Shown here piece after piece: positions 38,297 to 47,131 of a stretch of 64,000 nt of DNA (its first letter is position 1; each line of letters begins with the position of its first letter). The DNA lies in the sequence record NC_026927.1. One strand, written 5' to 3'. The notes under the pieces were generated by a model, which was not told where the DNA came from, searched no databases, and worked only from the letters and a program-made list of their open reading frames with translations. The position numbers and the translations under genes were made by a program.

Positions 38297-38415
38297 ATGA
38301 TCAAACCATATCACCATCAGGAAGTGGCACAAGGGGGCTAGGCAAGCCCCCTTTGTCGTGCTATACTATATTCATACCAAAGGAACCAACCATGATCAAA
38401 CCATATCACCATCAG
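38226..38415 (+). repeat. Perfect 95-bp tandem duplication
   Basis: 38226-38320 identical to 38321-38415 (right arm, promoter, RBS, first 8 helicase codons). Confidence 0.95.
38321..38391 (+). promoter_or_regulatory. Cassette copy 9 (half site from duplication)
   Basis: Right arm AGTGGCACA only. Confidence 0.9.
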
Positions 38416-39843
38416 CAGAAAGCCCTAGACTCTATGGAGTCTGCCGATAAAGGCATGGTTGTTATACCCACTGGAGGTGGTAAGACTAATGTTATGGGTT
38501 GGGATATCCTCCGCAATCTTCCCACCTCTCAGGTGACTTTAGTTGTTACTCCTCGTATTCTCTTGACTGGACAACTCTCCAAAGAGATTGATTCTTTGAT
38601 TGGTGGATCTGCTACTTATATCCCTTTATTTGTTTATAGTGGTGAGGCTATCGAACGTGAGGAAGAATCCCTAGAATCTGAACAGATCTTAGATGTTTCG
38701 TTCTCTACTACCAGCCCATCAAAAGTAAGGTCTGAGTATGATCGTTCTGTTGAGACTGGTGAGTCTTTGATTATCTTCACCACTTATCATTCTCTCGATC
38801 GTGTTATATCATCCGATATTCCTGTAGATAGAGCATATCTAGATGAGGCACATAACGCTTGTGCTATCTCATTCTCATCAACAGTTGCTAAATTGAGTGA
38901 GGTTGTTGGATCTATGTTCTCATTCACAGCCACACCCAAACGCGGCGATTCCGCTGGTGGTAGGGGCAACAATAACATTGATGTATTTGGTGAGGTTATC
39001 TGTGATATTACAGCCGACGAGTTAGTTAAATCCGGTGTTATTGTTCCCCCTATGATATCCACATTGTATAGTGGCATTGAACGTGGAGATACCGAAGAAA
39101 CTAAACTTTCCAGAGATGTAATCAAACAAACAATCTTACACTATGAGGAAGTCCATGGTGATTGTAACCATAAAGTCTTAGTTGCAGCCGATGGAACTAA
39201 CACCATCTTCGAAATGACTACCCAGACCGATTTGATTTCCTGGTTGAATGATAGGGGCTACGATGTGTTCCATACCACCTCTAAGTATGGTGATTGGTAT
39301 AACGATCTTCGCATCAAAGATCGCAATGAGTTTCTAAGTTTATTGCAACAGGTTGGTTCCAACCCTAGTAAGAAGATGGTAGTTATTCATTACTCTATTC
39401 TCTCCGAGGGTATTGATATCCCTGGTCTGACTGGAGCACTTATTCTCCGCAATATGAATGACACTATTCTAACCCAGACAATTGGGCGTGTGTTGAGGAT
39501 GCTTCCCTCGGATCGTCGTGACATTCTAGAGGGTAGTATTGGAGCTGGTGATATCTCCAACTACCGGAAAGGGTATGGTATCGTTACCGTACCCATTCAC
39601 AAAGATGATGGAGATGACACTTTGGATAAAGTAATTCAACTGTACCAAGCTTGCTTTGTTATGGGTATGACTCATGAATATATTCTCAATGTAGAGAATG
39701 TTCGAGGAAGTGATTATCTTGAACTCCCAGAAGAGATTGAGGATAAACTTCGTCAGAAAATCACAGAGATTGAGGCACAATGGGAATGGGTTTATCGTAA
39801 GGACGAACTTACCGCTCTGTTTCCAGAGTTGGATCTACTTTGA
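38392..39843 (+). CDS. SF2 DEAH helicase (restriction-enzyme Res-like)
   Basis: PTGGGKT, DEAHN, FTATP, SILSEGIDIP, QTIGRVLR; start refined from 38221. Confidence 0.88.
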   Translation: MIKPYHHQQKALDSMESADKGMVVIPTGGGKTNVMGWDILRNLPTSQVTLVVTPRILLTGQLSKEIDSLIGGSATYIPLFVYSGEAIEREEESLESEQILDVSFSTTSPSKVRSEYDRSVETGESLIIFTTYHSLDRVISSDIPVDRAYLDEAHNACAISFSSTVAKLSEVVGSMFSFTATPKRGDSAGGRGNNNIDVFGEVICDITADELVKSGVIVPPMISTLYSGIERGDTEETKLSRDVIKQTILHYEEVHGDCNHKVLVAADGTNTIFEMTTQTDLISWLNDRGYDVFHTTSKYGDWYNDLRIKDRNEFLSLLQQVGSNPSKKMVVIHYSILSEGIDIPGLTGALILRNMNDTILTQTIGRVLRMLPSDRRDILEGSIGAGDISNYRKGYGIVTVPIHKDDGDDTLDKVIQLYQACFVMGMTHEYILNVENVRGSDYLELPEEIEDKLRQKITEIEAQWEWVYRKDELTALFPELDLL

Positions 39844-39920
39844 CACTTGAATAACTGGCACAGGGGGGCTAGGCACAGCCCCCTATACCTGCTATACTAA
39901 ACACATACCAAACCAATACT
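39839..39920 (+). promoter_or_regulatory. Cassette copy 10
   Basis: TTTGACACT-TGAATA-ACTGGCACA. Confidence 0.9.
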
Positions 39921-40097
39921 ATGTTTGAATTGATGTTATTGGCGGGGGTGGCATTCACACCTCTTCAAGGATCAGAAACTATCAACCAATTTTGTTCTGA
40001 AGTTGTTGGTATCCCATACGCCAGTGATAACTTCACTGATGAAGAATGGGAACGTTTTACTTATTGTCGTGAATCTATCAAGGTACCTCAAAAATGA
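39921..40097 (+). CDS. Small hypothetical exported protein, 58 aa
   Basis: Hand-translated MFELMLLAGVAF..CSEVVGIPY..YCRES. Confidence 0.7.
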   Translation: MFELMLLAGVAFTPLQGSETINQFCSEVVGIPYASDNFTDEEWERFTYCRESIKVPQK

Positions 40098-40381
40098 AAG
40101 AATCAATTATCTCTGGCATCAAAGGTGGTTTAATAGGCACAGGTTCTGCACTCGTTGTGTTTGCTGGAATTGAGTTCTTCTTCCCTACCCCAGATACATA
40201 TACAATCGATCTCAACAAAAGAGAAACTATCTCCCTAAAGATGTCTGTTATTCGCACACCCTGTGGATATGATTATTGTTTCATTCCTGCTATCAAGGAA
40301 GGAGAAGCAATTGAGATTGAAACACATAACCCAAACCCTGAGCCCGGTTTCCTTCGCCCTGTAGAATCTACTGATTATTGA
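40094..40381 (+). CDS. Hypothetical membrane protein
   Basis: N-terminal hydrophobic segment. Confidence 0.6.
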   Translation: MKESIISGIKGGLIGTGSALVVFAGIEFFFPTPDTYTIDLNKRETISLKMSVIRTPCGYDYCFIPAIKEGEAIEIETHNPNPEPGFLRPVESTDY

Positions 40382-40382
40382 T

Positions 40383-40592
40383 ATGGATTATCAACCCCCA
40401 ACTCTCTGTATTCGGAGTATTGAACCCGCTGCAACTCCCGGTAGGTTCTTGTTAGATATGCCTTCACTTTGGAGAGAACCAGGAGCATTAGAGGTGGATC
40501 AATATACCATCGATTATGTTACTGGTGGGAAATATGAGGTTCCTAAATGTCCCCCAGGTTATCCAAATCCACCAACCCCTGATACACAATGA
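40383..40592 (+). CDS. Hypothetical protein
   Basis: Coupled ORF. Confidence 0.6.
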   Translation: MDYQPPTLCIRSIEPAATPGRFLLDMPSLWREPGALEVDQYTIDYVTGGKYEVPKCPPGYPNPPTPDTQ

Positions 40593-40705
40593 CACCCGAA
40601 GAATTTGAAGAAAATGCAAGAATCATCACGGGCGACCCAACATGGTCGCTAGATGATGATGTGACAGTTGAGGAAGTGGCACACACTTCCCCGCAAACAC
40701 CCTGA
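40589..40705 (+). CDS. Small hypothetical protein, 38 aa, reading into cassette 11
   Basis: MTPEEFEEN..DVTVEEVAHTSPQTP. Confidence 0.4.
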   Translation: MTPEEFEENARIITGDPTWSLDDDVTVEEVAHTSPQTP

Positions 40706-40778
40706 AACCTGTTATCTTATAGGAGTGGGAGAGATACACCCCCCACACCAAACAAACCCCTTACAACCCCTTCTAAGT
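40660..40778 (+). promoter_or_regulatory. Cassette copy 11
   Basis: TGTGACAGT-TGAGGA-AGTGGCACA; -10 TATCTT. Confidence 0.85.
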
Positions 40779-41129
40779 ATGAATCTCAAGGCACTGGCAC
40801 TCACTTCCGTTCTCGCCGTTGGTGGCATCTTTGGATCAGTTGCACCAGCATCAGCTGGCACCTGTTGGTTTGAAAACTACAGTGGTAGTTTGTCTCCAAC
40901 ATATTGTTCCACATATGTTAGGACTAACGCTAACGGACACAGGGTTGTGGATGTTGTTGACTATGAAGGAACCGCGATGACGTTAGTATTCTGGACTGAT
41001 AGTTCAGTTGAGATTCTCTACACTAACGGACAATACAATGGTAACCGAGTTGTGGCAACTTGGTACTTCGATGATGATGGTGACCGTCGCATCTATGTTG
41101 GTGACTTTGAAATGAGTCTCCGAGTTTGA
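40779..41129 (+). CDS. Hypothetical exported protein
   Basis: Signal peptide MNLKALALTS..APASA; start refined. Confidence 0.75.
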   Translation: MNLKALALTSVLAVGGIFGSVAPASAGTCWFENYSGSLSPTYCSTYVRTNANGHRVVDVVDYEGTAMTLVFWTDSSVEILYTNGQYNGNRVVATWYFDDDGDRRIYVGDFEMSLRV

Positions 41130-41136
41130 TAACACT

Positions 41137-41161
41137 GGAGGGTTATAAACCCTCCTTTTTT
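41137..41161 (+). terminator. Rho-independent terminator
   Basis: GGAGGGTT-ATA-AACCCTCC-T6. Confidence 0.85.
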
Positions 41162-41169
41162 ATGCCATG

Positions 41170-41198
41170 TTGCCACTACAGTGAATATGTGTTATAAT
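41170..41198 (+). promoter_or_regulatory. Sigma70-type promoter
   Basis: TTGCCA-17-TATAAT with TG extension. Confidence 0.75.
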
Positions 41199-41223
41199 AC
41201 CTTTGTCAGGATCAGTAGGGATT

Positions 41224-41490
41224 ATGAAACGCAAAGCAACCAGGAACTTCGACCTTAGAATAAGGTTAGACGGCAACAAGTGGAAGGTAGTTCAGTTAGA
41301 AGAAGGTAAGATTATTACCCCAGCTAAGTTGAAAGAACTGAACGCTAGACAGATAAGAGATTATACAGAAGAAGTTAAAGAGGTTGACTTAAGTTTTCTA
41401 TCACCAGAAGATAAGCGTTACTACCGTAAACATAAGTCTAATCCAGATATGGATTGGGCTCTAGATATTCTCTCCTACCCCCCCAACTAA
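41224..41490 (+). CDS. Hypothetical protein
   Basis: ATG after AGGG; track start is TTG 41203. Confidence 0.65.
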   Translation: MKRKATRNFDLRIRLDGNKWKVVQLEEGKIITPAKLKELNARQIRDYTEEVKEVDLSFLSPEDKRYYRKHKSNPDMDWALDILSYPPN

Positions 41491-41655
41491 ATGAAAAGCA
41501 AGTATGTAGAGCTTATGTCCTTATGGAAAAGAGCTATGTCAATGAACAACAAAGAGGAAGCATTCCGTCTAAAGAGTGAGGCTAACCAACTCATTATAGA
41601 AGGGAAGGTAACAGATAGGGAGATAACAGCAGGTAAGTTTATTGGTTGGCGTTGA
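41491..41655 (+). CDS. Small hypothetical protein, 54 aa
   Basis: Hand-translated MKSKYVELMSLWKRA. Confidence 0.6.
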   Translation: MKSKYVELMSLWKRAMSMNNKEEAFRLKSEANQLIIEGKVTDREITAGKFIGWR

Positions 41656-41719
41656 TTGATATAAACTGATTTTCTCATATTCAGGGAGCACGGGGTGACC
41701 TGTTCTCCCTTTCTTTATG

Positions 41720-41827
41720 CCGATATGGTTTTTTATGAGTTTGGGTCTAGTGCCTGACTGGGTTCTCAGGGGGCAACAAACCCCATATCACCCTGATACC
41801 ACCCCCCTACACAAAACCACAAACCAT
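41720..41827 (+). repeat. Second non-coding element, copy A
   Basis: CCGATATGG..GTCTAGTG..ACTGGGTTCTCAG shared with 51549-51655 at identical spacing. Confidence 0.75.
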
Positions 41828-41933
41828 TGTGCCAGTTGGACTAGTGGCACAACCCCCCTAGGCAAGACCCCCCCTATCGTGTATTGTATAGAAGTGGAGG
41901 GGAAACCCACCACACAAACCATTCACCAAAACA
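41828..41933 (+). promoter_or_regulatory. Cassette copy 12
   Basis: TGTGCCAGT-TGGACT-AGTGGCACA; -10 TATTGT. Confidence 0.85.
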
Positions 41934-42125
41934 ATGACTGAGATTTACACACAACCAACATTCTCAGTTCATTACTCAAGTGATGAACACGATCAAATCT
42001 TAACTGAAACTGATTCTCTCTTTGAAGCAACTTGTGAGTACTACGAGATGATCGAAGATTTAGAAGATGATGAATGGATTTCAATCTACAATGAAGATTA
42101 CAAAATCCTCAAGATTTCAGAATGA
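41934..42125 (+). CDS. Hypothetical acidic protein
   Basis: First ORF after cassette. Confidence 0.65.
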   Translation: MTEIYTQPTFSVHYSSDEHDQILTETDSLFEATCEYYEMIEDLEDDEWISIYNEDYKILKISE

Positions 42126-42160
42126 GGGGAAACCCACCACACAAACCACTAACTAACCAA

Positions 42161-42343
42161 ATGAACCGCATCCAAATCAACAAAGAACTCACACAACTTC
42201 GCGAAGAACGTGAAAAAGCACAGCGTGAAGTTGATAACATCCAGGCATGTATGAATGAGTTGATGAGGAAGCGAAATGAGTTGGATATGGAACAAGAAGA
42301 GCGTTCAGGTCAGATGTTATTCGACCAGATGTTCGGAGGTTGA
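42161..42343 (+). CDS. Hypothetical coiled-coil protein
   Basis: Leader GAGGGGAAACCCACCACACAAACCA duplicated from cassette 12 leader. Confidence 0.65.
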   Translation: MNRIQINKELTQLREEREKAQREVDNIQACMNELMRKRNELDMEQEERSGQMLFDQMFGG

Positions 42344-42372
42344 GTTAGTAACACAAACTATTCACTAAAACA

Positions 42373-42618
42373 ATGAACACAACAACAATCAACATTCTCA
42401 AATCACTGGACATTCTTTCCACTTTGATTCAAGCATTCTATGAGATTGGATATGAACTTGGCACCTTCTATCGCAACCATCTTCATTCACATGTGAAGTT
42501 TGCTATTGAATACTCTGGTCTTGTTATTCGTGAGACCTATGGTAACCGTCAAGAGTATTTCACAAAACTGAATAACTTCCGCAACCAAGCTGGTTCATAC
42601 TTTGTCTATAGCGTGTGA
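42373..42618 (+). CDS. Hypothetical protein
   Basis: Stop inside left arm of cassette 13. Confidence 0.65.
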   Translation: MNTTTINILKSLDILSTLIQAFYEIGYELGTFYRNHLHSHVKFAIEYSGLVIRETYGNRQEYFTKLNNFRNQAGSYFVYSV

Positions 42619-42698
42619 CAGTTGAGGAAGTGGCACAACCCCCCTTGGCAAACCCCTCAGGGGGTGCTATACTATATTCATACCAAAGGGAACCACCC
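42614..42698 (+). promoter_or_regulatory. Cassette copy 13
   Basis: TGTGACAGT-TGAGGA-AGTGGCACA. Confidence 0.9.
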
Positions 42699-42941
42699 AT
42701 GACTCACCTTTCCTTCACTCAGACCACACAAAACGCACTCCGTGAGTTAGATCGTTTAGAGGGAATTAAAGTTAGACTCGCTGGTCTGATTGTTGATCTT
42801 AAAGAGACACCATCAGCTAACTCTGAGACTTGGGTCAGGATGTATACTGACCGCCTCGTTTCTAATGTTATCCCAGCCATCAAGGAAGTTAAAGAATATC
42901 TCACTAGTCAGGATGCACTAGTTACCAAAGCATCCAACTGA
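42699..42941 (+). CDS. Hypothetical protein
   Basis: Start refined to cassette ATG. Confidence 0.7.
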   Translation: MTHLSFTQTTQNALRELDRLEGIKVRLAGLIVDLKETPSANSETWVRMYTDRLVSNVIPAIKEVKEYLTSQDALVTKASN

Positions 42942-42944
42942 CAA

Positions 42945-43018
42945 ACTGGCACACAGGGGGTTGGCAAGACCCCCCAAAACCCCTATACTAAACACATACC
43001 AAACAAAGGGAACAACCC
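42945..43018 (+). promoter_or_regulatory. Cassette copy 14 (half site)
   Basis: ACTGGCACA only; left arm replaced by coding sequence. Confidence 0.85.
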
Positions 43019-43270
43019 ATGGCTCAACAAATCAAAATGAGAACACGAGTTTATTCTGATGTGACAGTACGAGATCCACAGAAATATTATGATAGTGTGT
43101 TTCAGGGTTATAATGAGTACTGGACACTATTAGATTCAGAAGATCCACAATGTATCTTAGTTGAGACTACAGCACAATATGATCTAAACCCAGAGGGTTT
43201 GGATAACTTATACGACTTGATTACTCCTGAAATGTATCAGTCAACATCAAGGACTTATGTGAAAGTATAA
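43019..43270 (+). CDS. Hypothetical protein
   Basis: Cassette ATG. Confidence 0.7.
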   Translation: MAQQIKMRTRVYSDVTVRDPQKYYDSVFQGYNEYWTLLDSEDPQCILVETTAQYDLNPEGLDNLYDLITPEMYQSTSRTYVKV

Positions 43271-43272
43271 GG

Positions 43273-43352
43273 TGTGACAGTTGGAGAAGTGGCACACGCT
43301 TCCCCGCAAACCACCCCACACCTGCTATACTATATTCATACCAAAGGAACCA
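43273..43352 (+). promoter_or_regulatory. Cassette copy 15
   Basis: TGTGACAGT-TGGAGA-AGTGGCACA. Confidence 0.9.
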
Positions 43353-43520
43353 ATGTTTAAGTCACAAGTTCAGCGAATCGTCCGCGACACTGTTATTGGT
43401 CAGAGTGCTTCACTCACACGCGAAGAGAAGTGGTCCGTGTTCATCCAAGTCTGTGATGGTCTCTACAGTGACGGTCGCATCACACTCAAGCAACATGAAA
43501 GTTGGACATCCCCTTTCTGA
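43353..43520 (+). CDS. Small hypothetical protein, 55 aa
   Basis: EEKWSVF..CDGLYSDGRIT..W..PF. Confidence 0.7.
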   Translation: MFKSQVQRIVRDTVIGQSASLTREEKWSVFIQVCDGLYSDGRITLKQHESWTSPF

Positions 43521-43529
43521 TCACCCTGA

Positions 43530-43613
43530 TGTGACAGTTGGACTAGTGGCACAAACCCCCTAGGCAAACCCCTCCACACCTGCTATACTATATTCATACC
43601 AAAGGAACCCAAC
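43530..43613 (+). promoter_or_regulatory. Cassette copy 16
   Basis: TGTGACAGT-TGGACT-AGTGGCACA. Confidence 0.9.
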
Positions 43614-43811
43614 ATGGTTATCGACACTGACAACTATTTCACCACTGACAACGATCTTCTTCAGGCAGTATCACAATTCATTCTCTCACTGAATAACAAA
43701 CTTATCAGTCAGAATGAGAACTTCCAGAGAGATACTGGTATCACTACTCTTGATAGTTTCAATGAGTGTCTTATCGCTGAATGTGAAGAATACAAGTGTT
43801 ATGATGTATAA
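43614..43811 (+). CDS. Hypothetical protein
   Basis: Cassette ATG. Confidence 0.7.
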   Translation: MVIDTDNYFTTDNDLLQAVSQFILSLNNKLISQNENFQRDTGITTLDSFNECLIAECEEYKCYDV

Positions 43812-43948
43812 TGAGATTACTTATTCTCTTCTTGTTTGTCACTGGGTTTCTAGTCCTTAGATTCGGAGTTGTCCCCCATGACAACTACGTATTCGATTGT
43901 GACAACATCCCACAAACAACAATCAACACCATCGCCTGTGGTGGTTAA
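43811..43948 (+). CDS. Small membrane protein, 45 aa
   Basis: Hand-translated MRLLILFLFVTGFLVLRFG. Confidence 0.5.
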   Translation: MRLLILFLFVTGFLVLRFGVVPHDNYVFDCDNIPQTTINTIACGG

Positions 43949-43971
43949 CACTCAACCTCAACTATTTCATC

Positions 43972-44481
43972 ATGACTGATACTAACAAGGCTCAAACAAT
44001 TGAAGAGCTGAAAGCTGAAGTTTCTGAACTGAAGGCAGCTAGGAAGGAAGAACTTCTGGCACAGGCAGAACAACGAAAGCAAGATGAGGAACTTCGTTCA
44101 CTCGAACTTCAGAAACAAGCTCTAGAAAGTGGTTCCCTCCCCTCCCCCACAGGCACACCCCAGTCACTACAACGTAGGATGACTGATGTTGAAAACGCAC
44201 GAGTTCGCACCTGGGCATATGCACTAGGAGCTTATTTCACTGGTCCTATCATGCCAGCTGTGGTGGCTAATCGTACTAAGAATTGGACACCTTTCTGGGC
44301 TGGATTGGGTCTTGGCATTGTATCTCTCCCCCTAGCATTTGCTGACCTTGGTATCATCTCCTCTGTCCCTGCAGCTGCTTTAGGAACTGTACTTCAGGCT
44401 CAGAAATCCAACAAGAAGCGTGAGGAGTTGGGTATTGTTTCCCCTGAGGAAGCTGACCTCCTCCGGTTCAAACAGTTCTGA
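43972..44481 (+). CDS. Hypothetical coiled-coil + membrane protein
   Basis: Charged helix then 2-3 hydrophobic segments. Confidence 0.7.
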   Translation: MTDTNKAQTIEELKAEVSELKAARKEELLAQAEQRKQDEELRSLELQKQALESGSLPSPTGTPQSLQRRMTDVENARVRTWAYALGAYFTGPIMPAVVANRTKNWTPFWAGLGLGIVSLPLAFADLGIISSVPAAALGTVLQAQKSNKKREELGIVSPEEADLLRFKQF

Positions 44482-44578
44482 TTAAGTTACATCTCTGACC
44501 TCCTCAGTTTATACTGACGACTAAACCAACCGAGAGCGCTGGTCCCCTCTCACAACTCACCTTATCTAACTATCTACT

Positions 44579-45124
44579 ATGGCTATTTTCTCCGAAGAGT
44601 TCACCAACAGCATCAAGTCTAAAGTTGATTCAGCAAAGAACAAAATCTCTAACATCAACATTGGGAAACAGAGTGTCCTTGCTATTGTGGGAGGTACTTT
44701 AGTATTCTCAACCCTCGCAGTTGGTGCAGTTGGTGCTACAGTTCGTCAGGTTGTTGGTTCTAACATTGGCAAAGAATGTAATGTGGCTGTTGGTGACTAT
44801 GTGAGGTTGGCTGAAGTTCAAGAGACACAACTACTCAAGGCTAATGGATATATTCAATCGGTTCTAGAAAACCCTTGGAGCGCCCTAGTCCTTGGTGCTA
44901 GGATGTCTGAGATGGCAGACGAGATGAGTGCTCGTTGGGATGAGATTGGTGAAGCTGATGACACTTACCTTGAATCATGTGTTCTTGATGGTGACTTCAA
45001 GCGTTGGGTATTTGGTGGATATGTTCAAGAGGATCGTGAAGTGAAGTGGGAAGCTCAAGCTAACCTAGAGGAAACTCGTCAGGTTACAGTTAAACTCTCT
45101 GAGCAACTAGATAGCCGGTACTGA
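44579..45124 (+). CDS. Hypothetical membrane-anchored protein
   Basis: TM segment VLAIVGGTLVFSTLAVGAVGA. Confidence 0.7.
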   Translation: MAIFSEEFTNSIKSKVDSAKNKISNINIGKQSVLAIVGGTLVFSTLAVGAVGATVRQVVGSNIGKECNVAVGDYVRLAEVQETQLLKANGYIQSVLENPWSALVLGARMSEMADEMSARWDEIGEADDTYLESCVLDGDFKRWVFGGYVQEDREVKWEAQANLEETRQVTVKLSEQLDSRY

Positions 45125-45208
45125 TGTGACAGTTGAATAAGTGGCACAAGGGGGGTTCGCAACCCTCCTTTTTTATGCTATACTATATTCATACCAAAGG
45201 AACCACAC
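45125..45208 (+). promoter_or_regulatory. Cassette copy 17
   Basis: TGTGACAGT-TGAATA-AGTGGCACA; hairpin + T6. Confidence 0.9.
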
Positions 45209-45460
45209 ATGCCCAACCCTTTCGAGTCACTGACCTCTGAGGAGTTTTCGTTTCTATCTGACGCATGTGCCCTCTCTGAGCAAATGTGGAGGGAGCGCTC
45301 CCGTTCTATAAAAGCAGGGGAGCCACGTTGGTTTCTAGATGGTGAGCCCATGTTCACTGAAGAGGAATGTCGCTCAGAAATGAAACGATACCGTGAGCTA
45401 CAGAAGCGAGTTTCCTGGTTCTCCCTCACACCAGAAGAGATGGAGCGTGTGACAGTCTAG
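45209..45460 (+). CDS. Hypothetical protein
   Basis: Ends ..ERVTV* in cassette 18. Confidence 0.7.
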   Translation: MPNPFESLTSEEFSFLSDACALSEQMWRERSRSIKAGEPRWFLDGEPMFTEEECRSEMKRYRELQKRVSWFSLTPEEMERVTV

Positions 45461-45529
45461 AAACTGGCACAAGCCCCCTAGGCAAACCCCTCCTTTTCTG
45501 CTATACTATTCACATACAGACAAAACACT
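45448..45529 (+). promoter_or_regulatory. Cassette copy 18
   Basis: TGTGACAGT-CTAGAA-ACTGGCACA. Confidence 0.9.
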
Positions 45530-46435
45530 ATGGCTAAGAATCTCCACCTAGAACACCCAGAAGACCAGCTCCTCACTGGTGATGATAGTGTCATCAGTTG
45601 GTTCTATGCAACCTCTAGTTCCTCTGTGAAGATGGATGGTAGTCCTGCAATAGTTTGGGGAACTAACCCAGAAAATGGTGAGTTCTTTGTGGGAACTAAG
45701 TCAGTCTTCAATAAGAAGAAGATCAAGATATGTTATACCCAGAAAGATATTACAACCTTATATGGTCATCAACCTAATGTGGTTGCTATCCTTACCGCCT
45801 GTTTGGCATACCTCCCCCGCACTGATGTAGTGTATCAGGGTGACTTTATTGGGTTTGGTGGTGATGATACCTACACCCCAAATACTGTCACCTATGTGTT
45901 CCCTGAGGTTATTCAGGAACGTGTTATCATGGCACCCCATACTTTCTATGTGGGTGAGAAGATGACTGAGATGGATGCCTTCCCTATCTTATCCACTCTA
46001 GATGAATCACGTCATGTTCACTTTGTTCAACCCACTGTAGATATCTACAACGATAAGGCAAACTGGGAAGAGTTTCAGCGTTGTTATGATGAAGTGAAAG
46101 AGGTAGATGGTTTCCTAGGTATCAAGAGAGCCGCAGAGGCAAAGATCATCATCAACCAGTTACTTCGTAACAACAAGTATCTCAGTATCCCACTATTGAC
46201 TGAGATCTTTGGTACTAAAGAGATGGCTATTCTGTACACCTTCGCACTACATGAGAAGTTCAGAATCCTTGAGGATGCTATCTACTACGATGGTCCTCAG
46301 TGTTTGTTAGATGGTGATGATGTAGAGTCTGAGGGTATTGTTAGAACCAATCAGTTTGGTTCTATGAAACTCGTCAATCGTTACATCTTCAGTGTAGCAA
46401 ACTTCAACAACAGCAAGTTCAGAGAGGTGAAGTAA
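45530..46435 (+). CDS. Ligase-fold nucleotidyltransferase-like protein
   Basis: KNLHLEHPED, SVKMDGSP (KxDG), EGIV, MKLVNR. Confidence 0.6.
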   Translation: MAKNLHLEHPEDQLLTGDDSVISWFYATSSSSVKMDGSPAIVWGTNPENGEFFVGTKSVFNKKKIKICYTQKDITTLYGHQPNVVAILTACLAYLPRTDVVYQGDFIGFGGDDTYTPNTVTYVFPEVIQERVIMAPHTFYVGEKMTEMDAFPILSTLDESRHVHFVQPTVDIYNDKANWEEFQRCYDEVKEVDGFLGIKRAAEAKIIINQLLRNNKYLSIPLLTEIFGTKEMAILYTFALHEKFRILEDAIYYDGPQCLLDGDDVESEGIVRTNQFGSMKLVNRYIFSVANFNNSKFREVK

Positions 46436-46629
46436 TGATTGACTTCGATACTCTAACTCACGAAGAACTAGAGAGACTATCTGATGACTGTGAAGACTTT
46501 CTTCTTCATAGAAATATACCTCTAAGGTCACATTCCTATGAGAATATCATCAGACATGCTATCTTGGAAGGATACCAACTCTCTCGGTATCCTGGTGTGA
46601 CACCTGGGAAACTGGCACAAGACCCCTAG
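46435..46629 (+). CDS. Hypothetical protein
   Basis: Reads through cassette 19 palindrome. Confidence 0.6.
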   Translation: MIDFDTLTHEELERLSDDCEDFLLHRNIPLRSHSYENIIRHAILEGYQLSRYPGVTPGKLAQDP

Positions 46630-46679
46630 ACAAACCAGACCACACCTGCTATACTATATTCATACCAAACAAACAACCC
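46596..46679 (+). promoter_or_regulatory. Cassette copy 19
   Basis: TGTGACACC-TGGGAA-ACTGGCACA; -35 TAGACA. Confidence 0.9.
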
Positions 46680-46937
46680 ATGCAACTCACAGCACAACAC
46701 GCAAACATCGTTGTTGATTTCTACCCTGTAAAGTATTCTGATGGTACTATCAGTGAGCGTCTAATGTATAAAACAGTGAAGTTCGTTGGTTCACCCCCAT
46801 CCAAGTCATATATCAACAAAGAATCCTTCGAAAAGGAAGTTGATTCCCGTGTTTATGGTTTTGGTTATGAGGTGACTGCTCTACATACAGAGCCACAACT
46901 CTTCAACTCTGCACTTGTTCAAACTCGCTGGTCATAA
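46680..46937 (+). CDS. Hypothetical protein
   Basis: Cassette ATG. Confidence 0.7.
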   Translation: MQLTAQHANIVVDFYPVKYSDGTISERLMYKTVKFVGSPPSKSYINKESFEKEVDSRVYGFGYEVTALHTEPQLFNSALVQTRWS

Positions 46938-46939
46938 GT

Positions 46940-47131
46940 ATGAATTACACACAACGGTTGTATGAAGCTGAACAACTCTCCACTATGTGTTACCTCCAGG
47001 ATATTGATCTAATGGATTGTATCATGGAGGTACGTGATTATCTAGAGTTGGGTTATAATGAAAGTAAAGATATTGCCTCAGGTACATATAAAGTTCTCTC
47101 ATCAATGAATCCCAATGAGCCTATCAAATGA
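46940..47131 (+). CDS. Hypothetical protein
   Basis: Coupled ORF. Confidence 0.6.
   Translation: MNYTQRLYEAEQLSTMCYLQDIDLMDCIMEVRDYLELGYNESKDIASGTYKVLSSMNPNEPIK

Noticed and set aside
41682-41715. Terminator after ORF 41491
   Set aside because: Stem is imperfect and the U-tract short; not confidently callable
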